Below are positions 1 to 8,621 of a stretch of DNA of 64,000 nucleotides, piece by piece (within the stretch, counting starts at the first letter, position 1; the number at the start of each line of letters is the position of its first letter). Under the pieces are notes generated by a model. That model searched no databases. It was not told where the DNA came from and saw only the letters and a program-made list of their open reading frames with translations. The translations under genes were made by a program, and so were the position numbers. The DNA comes from a virus (Duplodnaviria; Caudoviricetes), in IMG/VR virus record IMGVR_UViG_3300013103_000006, positions 1 through 64,000 of that record, one strand, 5' to 3'.

Positions 1-84
1 ATTTTCATAAGAAAAAATTCAATTATAAAAATAATTTTTTTTTTTAATTCCATATAAAAAAATTTTAATTTATTTTTTCTCTTT

Positions 85-120
<36 letters not shown>

Positions 121-198
121 GATAACTTCTAACTAAGAGTATTGTTTTTATTTTCTTTGAATATAATAAAAGGCAATCACAACTGTTAAACCGATAGG

Positions 199-249
199 CT
201 TATAAACCTTTCGGCAATTTCCTTGGAGGGCTATCGTAAGGTTTATATA
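199..249. promoter_or_regulatory. divergent pair of archaeal BRE-TATA promoters
   Basis: + strand CGTAAGG-TTTATATA (TATA 242-249); - strand CCGAAAGG-TTTATAAG (complement of 199-214); 12/13 inverted match between 201-213 and 235-247. Confidence 0.55.
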
Positions 250-269
250 CCATGACTTCATTCTGCCGT

Positions 270-491
270 ATATGGTTGGAGTTAGTGATCCACACTAGCT
301 CCAGTAGAAGATAGTTTTCTTCTATTCCACTAGTAAGATTATTACCTCTTAGTGGAGGAGGTAAAACTGACACTCAGCTTTTCAGGAGAAGAAGAGATAT
401 CTGTTGAGCTTCTAACCCAGAAGATACTCTCTTTAATACCCAGAGGATGGGATGATTCTTTCCTGTCCTCTGATTCTTTTTCTTTTTTGTT
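270..491 (+). ncRNA. candidate structured ncRNA or 5' leader
   Basis: Hairpins at 277-303, 305-324, 327-355, 409-423 and 441-472, two with G-U pairs; starts about 25 nt after the TATA box and ends in a U-tract. Confidence 0.45.
441..491 (+). terminator. hairpin plus U-tract terminator
   Basis: 12-bp stem CAGAGGATGGGA/TCCTGTCCTCTG followed by TTCTTTTTCTTTTTTGTT. Confidence 0.6.
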
Positions 492-554
492 AATATGGAA
501 GCAATGGGTTGAAATCCCAAAGCTTCCTAAAAGAAATATAGGAGGTAAAGAAAA

Positions 555-866
555 ATGGTAGAAGAATATAGACTAGGTCAAATAGTTGAAAAAGGTGGAA
601 GGAAATATGTATATACTGAGCAGGGACTATTAGCTCTTAGGAAAGAAAGACCAAAACCAATCTATGAAGATATTGAAACTATTAAAACACTGAAGACAGG
701 AAATAAGACTTCTATTGAGCTAGTAAAGACAAAAATGAAGACTCAGAAAGGAAGTAGCTTGTTGATTACTCTTAGAAAGAAAGTAGAGACAAACAAGGGA
801 ACTATTATAGCTAAGAGCTTTGCTATTCCTTATGAACAAGCAGTAGAGATATTCAAATTGAATTAA
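555..866 (+). CDS. small basic protein, possible PC4-like ssDNA-binding fold
   Basis: GGAGGT RBS at 541-546; C-terminal LITLRKKVET...KSFAIPYEQ loosely resembles PC4. Confidence 0.4.
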   Translation: MVEEYRLGQIVEKGGRKYVYTEQGLLALRKERPKPIYEDIETIKTLKTGNKTSIELVKTKMKTQKGSSLLITLRKKVETNKGTIIAKSFAIPYEQAVEIFKLN

Positions 867-879
867 GGAGGTTCGTGTC

Positions 880-1326
880 ATGGCGAGCATTAAAGATGTG
901 AAGGCTCTTAGGAAAATATATGAGAGAAAAATAAATTTGGAATTCGAAAGAGCTAAAAAGAAAATTGAAGACGAAATAGATAAAATATACAATGAATGTT
1001 ATGAGAAGAGAAAAGAAGCCGTTATAAGATATTTACGCAAATATGGAGATACAGCAGTCAATAAAATAGTCTCTGTGGATACTCTTTCAACATGGGACAG
1101 AAAAAAGGAAATAGCAGTTTATTTCCGTATTGAGAATCTTTACGAGGTATTGCATAAGATTTGGAAGGAAGCTGATCAGAAAGCAAAAAGCATTAAACAA
1201 CAGAGAAAAGAACATCTATTATCTCAATATGAAAAAGCATTAAGAAAACTTGAGGAGTGGGAAATCGAGAATCTGGAGAGAGTTATAAACAAAGAGGGTT
1301 TAACTAAATTTAAATTTAAATTCTAA
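880..1326 (+). CDS. hypothetical coiled-coil protein
   Basis: 148 aa, RBS AAGGAG, K/E heptad pattern. Confidence 0.7.
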   Translation: MASIKDVKALRKIYERKINLEFERAKKKIEDEIDKIYNECYEKRKEAVIRYLRKYGDTAVNKIVSVDTLSTWDRKKEIAVYFRIENLYEVLHKIWKEADQKAKSIKQQRKEHLLSQYEKALRKLEEWEIENLERVINKEGLTKFKFKF

Positions 1327-1426
1327 AAATATCAGATAGTTAAATAAAAGCGGAAGTAATAGGTGATAATATGGATAATTAGCATTATATTCTTTATCTT
1401 AAGCCAGTTATAAAGGGTGAGGAAAG

Positions 1427-1564
1427 ATGAAAATAGTTTTAGAAGTTGATTATAAACATGCTCTGGATATAGCTAAGCAGGTACAGGATATTAGAGGCGT
1501 GAAAGAAGTCAGTATGAAATATAATTCCAAAGGTTCGAAGCTAGAGAGAATCTTTAGGAGATGA
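1427..1564 (+). CDS. 45-aa hypothetical protein (below ORF-track cutoff)
   Basis: MKIVLEVDYKHALD...; GGGTGAGG RBS; fills the operon gap. Confidence 0.5.
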   Translation: MKIVLEVDYKHALDIAKQVQDIRGVKEVSMKYNSKGSKLERIFRR

Positions 1565-1569
1565 TAAAC

Positions 1570-1771
1570 ATGGAGCTTTACGTGTGTGATTTTTGCAAGG
1601 AAGTTATGGATATACCGCACAGTCATGTTATAATCCACATATATCCAAGTGTTGAAGAATTAGAACTTTATTTTTTGTAAAAAATGCTATAAAATCTTCT
1701 ATAGAGATTTCTTCAAACCTCTTAAGAAACAAAAACAAGAAACAGCAAGGAAATGGCTGAAGAAATCCTAA
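1570..1771 (+). pseudogene. CxxC...CxxC zinc-finger gene split by a +1 frameshift at a T6 run
   Basis: MELYVCDFCKE...LYFL-stop(1680); the +1 frame continues CKKCYKIF...KKS-stop; resembles intact 16273-16506. Confidence 0.6.
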
Positions 1772-1783
1772 TATAAAAAGAGG

Positions 1784-1987
1784 GTGATAAAAGATGGATA
1801 TCTTTGGAATATTGGGATGTATTTATGGAGAGTGGTAGTAATGAAAATAAAAATTAAAACAAAATCTAAGGCTGGTGTTTGTCGATATTGTGACTTCTTC
1901 GATAAAAAGAACCATCAGTGCCTTTTGAAAAAACTTAACTATCCTTGTCGATTTGAGGTGATTTTAGATGAACGAAGAATACATTGA
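1784..1987 (+). CDS. small Cys-rich protein
   Basis: CRYCDFF...C...C; true start probably a downstream ATG. Confidence 0.55.
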   Translation: MIKDGYLWNIGMYLWRVVVMKIKIKTKSKAGVCRYCDFFDKKNHQCLLKKLNYPCRFEVILDERRIH

Positions 1988-2186
1988 AGTATATGTATAT
2001 CGATGGCAAGGTGGATATGGAGATGGATTTATCTTCTCAGAGAAAGAGCTTAGGTTCTCTGGTATTTCAGGATTTAGTGAATACTGGATGCTCTTAGGTA
2101 AATTTAGATTACCGCTAGATTTCCTAAAAGCAATAGGATGGGATGATAGAGATGAAGATTATCTAGAAGTAGGATATGTTGAGTAG
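1968..2186 (+). CDS. hypothetical protein
   Basis: 72 aa, GAGGTGA RBS, overlapping operon arrangement. Confidence 0.65.
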   Translation: MNEEYIEVYVYRWQGGYGDGFIFSEKELRFSGISGFSEYWMLLGKFRLPLDFLKAIGWDDRDEDYLEVGYVE

Positions 2187-2195
2187 GTGGTGTAG

Positions 2196-2960
2196 ATGAT
2201 AAATGTTAGAGAATTCTTAAACGAAATAGAAAATAATCCTATTAGAAAAAGAATAATTGAATTAGAAGAGGAAATTTATCTCACTGGTGATAGAATTAAA
2301 ATGGATGCTATTGACGAGATTATCCAAGAAGCAGTTGCTCTTTTAACTACTAAAAGAAAGATAGTAGCCACAATGAATCAGGTATCATCATGGTGTAAAG
2401 AGGTATTAGTAATTTCTAAGAATGGTATTCGTAAACACTATGTTTATGATTATAACAAATATAAGCTAGGACGCTCAAGGGGTATGAGTTTAAATATAAA
2501 AACATATCTTCCAATATTAAAACAAGTTGATTTGAGAGAATATGCTACAAGAAACAAGAAAGAATTAGCTAAGGCCATCAATGATTTAATACGGATTATT
2601 CCCTGTTCGTTAATGGAGAACATAATTAAATATGAAACAGCTGAATATCCCCGTTATAAACTGGAACATAATATTATTGAGAGAACTAAAATAATAATCT
2701 CCATGAGGTATCATAGCAGTTTAGGGCGTTATAGGATGTACATTGAAAAAGCTAATGGTTACGAGAGCGTTGATTTTGTGAAGCTTACTGATACCATCTC
2801 TTATTTTGAATTTTTGCCTGAGGTGGAAACCGCTCTTAGAGAAAAATTTCTTCCAGCGATTAAAGAAAAATTTGCGGAATACAATAGAATCATAGAGTCA
2901 GAAGAGATGAAAGTTGTTGCTGATTATATAAAACTGATTAGGGGGTTGTCTTCTTTATGA
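2196..2960 (+). CDS. hypothetical protein
   Basis: 254 aa, stop overlaps the vWA gene start (ATGA). Confidence 0.75.
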   Translation: MINVREFLNEIENNPIRKRIIELEEEIYLTGDRIKMDAIDEIIQEAVALLTTKRKIVATMNQVSSWCKEVLVISKNGIRKHYVYDYNKYKLGRSRGMSLNIKTYLPILKQVDLREYATRNKKELAKAINDLIRIIPCSLMENIIKYETAEYPRYKLEHNIIERTKIIISMRYHSSLGRYRMYIEKANGYESVDFVKLTDTISYFEFLPEVETALREKFLPAIKEKFAEYNRIIESEEMKVVADYIKLIRGLSSL

Positions 2961-4144
2961 ACGAAGAAGCTAAACTTAAAATTACAAAAGCTAGAGTGTC
3001 ATTACAAAAAGATCAGCCATTCCTATCTTATCTGATAATGCATCTGATTCCTAAAGAGGACATAAGGGTTAAAACCGCTGGAGTAGATGAAGATGGCTAT
3101 CTATATTATAATCCAGACTTCATAAATAATCTCAGCAACAGAGAGTTAATAGGAACCATGGCTCATGAGGTTCTTCATTTATGTTTAGAACATCTTAGGA
3201 GGAGAGGTGGTAGGAATCCTACTCTTTGGAATATAGCTACTGATATAGCTGTTAACTATATCGTAATTGATGATTTAAAATTTAATCTTCCTGAAAATAC
3301 ATTCAAGCCAAACCATTACGGCAAAATAGATTTGTTTGGTATCACTCAGGTTAGTTTCAAGAACAAACCAGCAGAGGAAATTTATGAAGAGCTATTGAAA
3401 CTCCTTAAAGAACATGTAGGGAAGAAAAGCATATCTTCCTATCAGTTTGACAAACATATAGAAGAGAAACAAGGAGCTTCAGCTAGGGGTAAAGAAGGAA
3501 ATAGAAAACCTCCTGATTGGAAAAAGATATTTGCTGAAGCTATTGAATACGCTAAACAAAGAGGTGAACTTCCTGGTGGTATAGAGAGGTTATTCTCTGA
3601 ATTACATAATCCCAAACTCCCTTGGAATATTCTTCTAGCTAAATATATTTCCAAGACCCTTCCAGTTGATTATACTTATATCAGACCATCTAAAAAAAGC
3701 TATACTCTGAAAACATATCTTCCTAGTGTTTTAAAAGAGAACTTGGATGTCATCGTAACGATAGATACTTCAGGTTCAATAACTGAAGATACGTTAACTG
3801 ACTTCCTATCCGAGCTTTTAGGTATTCTAAGAAGCTACAAAACCAATTTAACAGTCATATACGGAGACGCTAAAGTTCAAAAAGTAAAAGAGTTTAAAGC
3901 TTATTCTCAACCACATGAAATACTAAGAGAAGCTCCAGTTGGTGGTGGAGGAACCGATCATGAACCAATCTTTAAATATATTGAACAGAATCTTAGAAAA
4001 GCTAGAGTAGTAGTAGCATTCACTGATGGGTACACTAACTATCCGAAAAATTGTAGTATCCCAACCATCTGGGTTCTCTCTGAAAAAATAAATAAGGAGT
4101 TTCTTCCACCGTTTGGAGAGGTGATATATTATGACCGGAGATGA
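2957..4144 (+). CDS. DUF2201-type metallopeptidase plus vWA domain protein
   Basis: HEVLH zincin motif, WN.ATD..VN, C-terminal IDTSGS (MIDAS), GGGGT, FTDG. Confidence 0.85.
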   Translation: MNEEAKLKITKARVSLQKDQPFLSYLIMHLIPKEDIRVKTAGVDEDGYLYYNPDFINNLSNRELIGTMAHEVLHLCLEHLRRRGGRNPTLWNIATDIAVNYIVIDDLKFNLPENTFKPNHYGKIDLFGITQVSFKNKPAEEIYEELLKLLKEHVGKKSISSYQFDKHIEEKQGASARGKEGNRKPPDWKKIFAEAIEYAKQRGELPGGIERLFSELHNPKLPWNILLAKYISKTLPVDYTYIRPSKKSYTLKTYLPSVLKENLDVIVTIDTSGSITEDTLTDFLSELLGILRSYKTNLTVIYGDAKVQKVKEFKAYSQPHEILREAPVGGGGTDHEPIFKYIEQNLRKARVVVAFTDGYTNYPKNCSIPTIWVLSEKINKEFLPPFGEVIYYDRR

Positions 4145-4504
4145 AATAAAAATCCCGAATAAAATCATTGGCTATCTAAACACTATAGGAGAGTGGATAG
4201 ATGACTACAAAATCAAGACTTTTTCAAAAAATCTGAATTTGAAGAGCTACTAAAATTTGGAACCTCATGTGGTCTAGTTGGCAATAAATTTACAAGGGAT
4301 GTAGTTAAGTATCTTAAGAGACATGCACAATTAGTAGTCGTAGGAATTGTGAATAATCAGATTTGTGGAATGGCAATTCTTTGGAATAGAGCTAGCGATA
4401 GAATCAACCATACTTTCATAGACAAAGTGGAATCCTTTGGTGGTGGCTTACGACCAGAGGATGAATGGCTTATGGGAAATTGGATATTATATGAAAGTGA
4501 ATAA
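4131..4504 (+). pseudogene. about 124-aa gene interrupted by a -1 frameshift
   Basis: Frame from ATG 4131 stops at 4253; the -1 frame is open 4217-4504 (DFFKKSEFEELL...YESE); A_AAA_AAT at 4226-4232. Confidence 0.55.
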
Positions 4505-4518
4505 GGAGGTAAGGAAAT

Positions 4519-5652
4519 ATGAAATTATGTGTTAATCATAAGTATTTGAAGCAGGTGATACATTTAGCAAGAGAGCAAAAGAGAAGCCTATTTATTTGGG
4601 GTGGTATTGGAATAGGAAAATCCTATACAGTGAAACAAACTGCTGAGGAAATGGCTAAAGAGGAAGGGAGAAAATTTTATGACTTCACCAAACTTACAAA
4701 AGAGGATATAGCTGAGATAGAGAACAATCCTTCAAAAGCATTTCTATACTATGACATTCGATTATCTCAATTTGACCCATCGGATTTAAGAGGACTTCCC
4801 TCTATTAATGGAAAGGAGACTGTTGACTGGAAGATTCCTACATGGGTTAAACTCTTTTCGCTACCAAATATAGCTGGAATGATATTCTTTGATGAATTAA
4901 ATCTAGCTCCACCGAGCATTCAGGCTTCAGCTTATCAAATAATTCATGACCGTTGTATTTCAGACACTCCTATAAGTGATAAGGTTGTTGTTATTGGAGC
5001 TGGTAACAGAACTGAAGATAGAGGCAATGTTTATGAACTAGCTAAACCATTACAAAATAGATTCCTTCATGTTGAACTAGAGATTCCATCTGTTGATGAT
5101 TGGTCAAAATGGGCTTTTGAAAACCAGGATATCGATGATAGAGTGGTAGTATTCCTTCAGAATAGACCTGCTTTTCTATATAAGGTATCTGAGAGAGCTG
5201 GAGATGAAGCATTTCCAACTCCTAGAAGCTGTGAATGGTGGGGCAAACTAATTAAAGACACTGAGGATCTAGAGGAGATAGAGAGAAGAACAGCACTAGC
5301 TGTTGGCACTGAAGTAGCCTCAGAGTTTGTAGCATTCCTTAAACTTAAAAAGAGTATCAATTTCCAAGAAATCCTAGAGAATCCTGAGAAAATAAAAGAA
5401 ATACCAGATGAAGAGGTTCACTTGAAATACGCATTGATTTCCCTAATTCTAGACTGGTATGGAAAGCAGAGAAAGGATACCAAGACTCTTAAAAAAGTCC
5501 TTGAAATGGCATCTAATCTCCAGCCAAAAGAATTTAGCATTCTACTTCTAAGAGGTATAAGAGCTAAAAATCCAAGCTCATTCATGAAGCATATAGTAGA
5601 GAATAAGGAATTCTTTGAATATGCTAAAAGAGAAATCCTTCCATATCTATAA
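4519..5652 (+). CDS. MoxR-like AAA+ ATPase
   Basis: Walker A GGIGIGKS, Walker B IFFDELN, AGNR, sensor LQNRF, PTPRS; near the vWA gene. Confidence 0.85.
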   Translation: MKLCVNHKYLKQVIHLAREQKRSLFIWGGIGIGKSYTVKQTAEEMAKEEGRKFYDFTKLTKEDIAEIENNPSKAFLYYDIRLSQFDPSDLRGLPSINGKETVDWKIPTWVKLFSLPNIAGMIFFDELNLAPPSIQASAYQIIHDRCISDTPISDKVVVIGAGNRTEDRGNVYELAKPLQNRFLHVELEIPSVDDWSKWAFENQDIDDRVVVFLQNRPAFLYKVSERAGDEAFPTPRSCEWWGKLIKDTEDLEEIERRTALAVGTEVASEFVAFLKLKKSINFQEILENPEKIKEIPDEEVHLKYALISLILDWYGKQRKDTKTLKKVLEMASNLQPKEFSILLLRGIRAKNPSSFMKHIVENKEFFEYAKREILPYL

Positions 5653-5666
5653 TCCTGGCGATTTCT

Positions 5667-6275
5667 ATGAATGCTATCATCGAAAAGATAAAGGAGGATA
5701 TTAAGGACATCAAGAGTCAATGGTATAGCAATTCAAGAAAGTTAATTAAAGAGCTATCAGAGATGTTTAGGTTAAAGGAAGAGCTAATCGCTGGTATTAT
5801 CGCTATCACTTCTATAAGAACTTCAGTAAGAAAAAATCTCTATCTCTCCCTTCTTATTTTGAACAATCTCAATAAATCTGATGACTCTTCTTTTATCGAC
5901 CAGCTTCCCTGTTTAAATCTAGTGAAGAGGAAACTCAAGGAATATCTTAAAACACATGAATTTCCTAAAGGAGATAAAATCAACTCATTCTTTAATGTTC
6001 TAACAGGTAAGCAAGATATTGTCGTTGATATTTGGATACAGCGATATTTCCGTAATGAATTTAATATAAAAAATAAGAAGCAGATTAAGGCGATTATTAG
6101 AGAAATAGCAAATAGTCTTCATGTTAACCCAGCTCTGATTCAAGAACGTATTTGGATTAAGAGCAAATTAAAATATGGAAGAAATAGTTTAGAGAGAGAC
6201 ATTCGAAGCTATTATGAGATATACCATAATCCAGAAAAGGAGGGATGTTATGAAAATAGAGCAAATAGGAGATGA
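5667..6275 (+). CDS. helical phage protein, distantly HhH-glycosylase-like
   Basis: GIIAITS..TSV..N, K..SF...L.G....VVDIW..R, P..IQ..IW pattern recalled from a widespread phage family. Confidence 0.4.
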   Translation: MNAIIEKIKEDIKDIKSQWYSNSRKLIKELSEMFRLKEELIAGIIAITSIRTSVRKNLYLSLLILNNLNKSDDSSFIDQLPCLNLVKRKLKEYLKTHEFPKGDKINSFFNVLTGKQDIVVDIWIQRYFRNEFNIKNKKQIKAIIREIANSLHVNPALIQERIWIKSKLKYGRNSLERDIRSYYEIYHNPEKEGCYENRANRR

Positions 6276-6465
6276 AAATGGAGATATGCTCTATGGTATT
6301 GAAATAGAATATAAGACTAAGAAAGGAAAGCTAATTTCTGGTTTAATAGAATTCAATCAGTTTCAACTTTCCAAGGATGGCTTGTATCTTTTAGTATACA
6401 AGAATCTAGAGTGGAGAGGTGCATTTCCAGTTGATGAAATAGAAAACATTGATGTATTATTCTGA
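6250..6465 (+). CDS. hypothetical protein
   Basis: ATG 6250 after GGAGGG RBS. Confidence 0.65.
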   Translation: MKIEQIGDENGDMLYGIEIEYKTKKGKLISGLIEFNQFQLSKDGLYLLVYKNLEWRGAFPVDEIENIDVLF

Positions 6466-6479
6466 GAAGAGGGTTTCTC

Positions 6480-6866
6480 ATGGCTAAGAGGTTAAAGATA
6501 GGAACGGTAACCATTCATGGTGTTGTAAAAAGAACCACTCCTTTATGGGCACAAGCATTTCGACTACAACCATCTCAGCGATTTAGAATTATGTTATTCT
6601 TTACTTATGACTATCCTGATTTAATAGACTATATACCAGTACTTAGAAACCATCCAGATTATAACTGGTATGTCACCCAGAAAGGATATAGGGTTGGAAC
6701 AAAACTCCAAACTTATTGGAAATATATGTATTATATCGAAGGAGACATTGAGGATATAAAAGAGAGTTTGAAACATATCGGTGACAGAATCAATAATGTG
6801 GAGTTTGCTCTAAGAGAGGATGCTGAAAGGAAGCTCATGAGTTTATTATTGGAAGTAGCATTATGA
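6480..6866 (+). CDS. C-terminal-tag family protein 1
   Basis: Ends AERKLMSLLLEVAL. Confidence 0.7.
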   Translation: MAKRLKIGTVTIHGVVKRTTPLWAQAFRLQPSQRFRIMLFFTYDYPDLIDYIPVLRNHPDYNWYVTQKGYRVGTKLQTYWKYMYYIEGDIEDIKESLKHIGDRINNVEFALREDAERKLMSLLLEVAL

Positions 6867-7156
6867 TGGTTGATGACAAAATCTATTTAGGTGATGGCGT
6901 TTATCTTCATGTTATTCAGGTAATTCAGAATACGATAGTCTATTATCTAGAAATTAAACGCCCAAAGAAGTTGAATAGCCCATTCATCTGGGATAGTAAG
7001 CGAAATATCTATAGATCATTCTCAGATTTCATAAAACTAAAGAATGGTAGCTCTGGTTTGCCATTCTATTTAATGAAACTAGAAGAGCAAGGTTATAACC
7101 TCAAATACTCCTATGAAGATATCCTCGATATTCTGAAGCTAAAATATAAATTATAG
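6863..7156 (+). CDS. C-terminal-tag family protein 2 (divergent)
   Basis: Ends YEDILDILKLKYKL. Confidence 0.65.
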   Translation: MMVDDKIYLGDGVYLHVIQVIQNTIVYYLEIKRPKKLNSPFIWDSKRNIYRSFSDFIKLKNGSSGLPFYLMKLEEQGYNLKYSYEDILDILKLKYKL

Positions 7157-7282
7157 AGGCGATGGATAAATGAAAGAAGATGATTTAGAAAAGATTTGGG
7201 AGTCTATCTACAATATCTACGATGAGTTAAATGAGCTAAGAGAGAAGATTCTCAAAATTAAACCTCGGTGAGGTTATGCAAG

Positions 7283-7576
7283 ATGACCCAAACTATAGGA
7301 TGGATTTATGACTCCAGAATCTACCTAACAATTGATTCAGATAAGAAATTTAGACTATATTTTTATTTGCTCGATAAGTTGAACGTCGAGCACTTCACAA
7401 AAGAAATCATAGGTGGGCATTATCCTGGGTTATCAATATTGCAATACACCTCAAAACCTCTGACAAAGCAACAAGTTTTAGATGTTTGTGAATATTTGAA
7501 ATATAACTATTCCGCCAAAATCATCGATGATTTAGATGAATTCCTAGATAAATTCCTTCTGGAGACTCTACTATAG
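7283..7576 (+). CDS. C-terminal-tag family protein 3 (paralog of 7915-8208)
   Basis: Ends LDEFLDKFLLETLL; KPLTKQQV..VCE.LK. Confidence 0.75.
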   Translation: MTQTIGWIYDSRIYLTIDSDKKFRLYFYLLDKLNVEHFTKEIIGGHYPGLSILQYTSKPLTKQQVLDVCEYLKYNYSAKIIDDLDEFLDKFLLETLL

Positions 7577-7630
7577 CTTTTTTTGGTTAGGTCGTGATTA
7601 CTAAATTATTCATAGTTTATCAATGGAAGG

Positions 7631-7906
7631 TTGATTAACATGAAGCATCTCATTGGTTATAAGGTAAATACGATTAGTGGTGAGCATACTAAGGTATTTA
7701 TGAGAACTGAATGTAACTCATCATCGATTACTGTCGAGACTGAAGGAATTTATCCATGGGTTATAAATATTTATGAATTTCCTACACCGAGAAAGTTACA
7801 GAATTACATTCAATGTCTCCTAGAAACCAATGATTTTATTAAATTTAAGCCAGTTGAAAATCTAGAATATATTTTAACCATAGCTATATTAGAAGCTAAA
7901 TTATAA
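7631..7906 (+). CDS. C-terminal-tag family protein 4
   Basis: Ends LEYILTIAILEAKL. Confidence 0.7.
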   Translation: MINMKHLIGYKVNTISGEHTKVFMRTECNSSSITVETEGIYPWVINIYEFPTPRKLQNYIQCLLETNDFIKFKPVENLEYILTIAILEAKL

Positions 7907-7914
7907 GTGATATC

Positions 7915-8208
7915 ATGAAGCATAAGATAGTCATCGGATGTATTCACGGTTCAAATTTGTATTTGGGCATGACAGACGAGGAAAAATTGGTTTTATATTT
8001 CTTTCTCGATGTGAGGAGGAAATTCATTCATTTCAGGCGATATCCCACACTCTTTGCAAGTGAAGGTATTTATTCATATGTAGCCAGACCTCTTGATAAA
8101 AGGGAGGTAATAGCGATATGTGAAACTCTCAAAAGAGAAGCTCATGCTGATATCATTGATAACCTAGATGAAGTAATCGATAGGTTTCTATTAGAAGCAT
8201 TACTGTAA
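7915..8208 (+). CDS. C-terminal-tag family protein 5
   Basis: Ends LDEVIDRFLLEALL; RPLDKREV..ICE.LK. Confidence 0.75.
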   Translation: MKHKIVIGCIHGSNLYLGMTDEEKLVLYFFLDVRRKFIHFRRYPTLFASEGIYSYVARPLDKREVIAICETLKREAHADIIDNLDEVIDRFLLEALL

Positions 8209-8219
8209 AGGATGATAGT

Positions 8220-8621
8220 ATGTCCAGCTCTGGAATCTATCGCTATCAGATAATCGCTAGGCTCTACTCTAAGAAATATAAAAATAAATACTATCCATTA
8301 TACTTAGAAGCTCTCTTAACTAAGAAGAATCAAGTAAAATTTAATATAGAATTTGAGTTTCCTTACGAGGTTCAAGTATACTCAATGGATGGTCGTTATC
8401 CCTCAGCTGGTTGGAGTTCTCTTCCTAGATATCTCATTGCCTTTCCAGTCAAAGATGATTCTGGTAAGTATTTATATAAGCATTTCTCAAATAAATTAAC
8501 AAGGAGCCAAGTCATTGACTGTCTATCTAAACTGGAGAAGTATACAGACATTGTAATTAAATGGGAAATTCCAGACCTAGAGGCCTTTCTAATTGCAATG
8601 GAGCTAGAAGCAAAGTTATGA
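8220..8621 (+). CDS. C-terminal-tag family protein 6
   Basis: Ends LEAFLIAMELEAKL. Confidence 0.75.
   Translation: MSSSGIYRYQIIARLYSKKYKNKYYPLYLEALLTKKNQVKFNIEFEFPYEVQVYSMDGRYPSAGWSSLPRYLIAFPVKDDSGKYLYKHFSNKLTRSQVIDCLSKLEKYTDIVIKWEIPDLEAFLIAMELEAKL

Noticed and set aside
508-515. GTTGAAAT here and ATTGAAAT at 9062-9069 as CRISPR repeat fragments (mini-array or RNA anti-CRISPR)
   Set aside because: Only 8-nt matches, expected by chance in AT-rich DNA; no direct-repeat/spacer periodicity was seen anywhere in the window.
352-561. 69-aa ORF on the + strand
   Set aside because: Runs through the hairpins and U-tract terminator and has low-complexity S/F content; better explained as non-coding.
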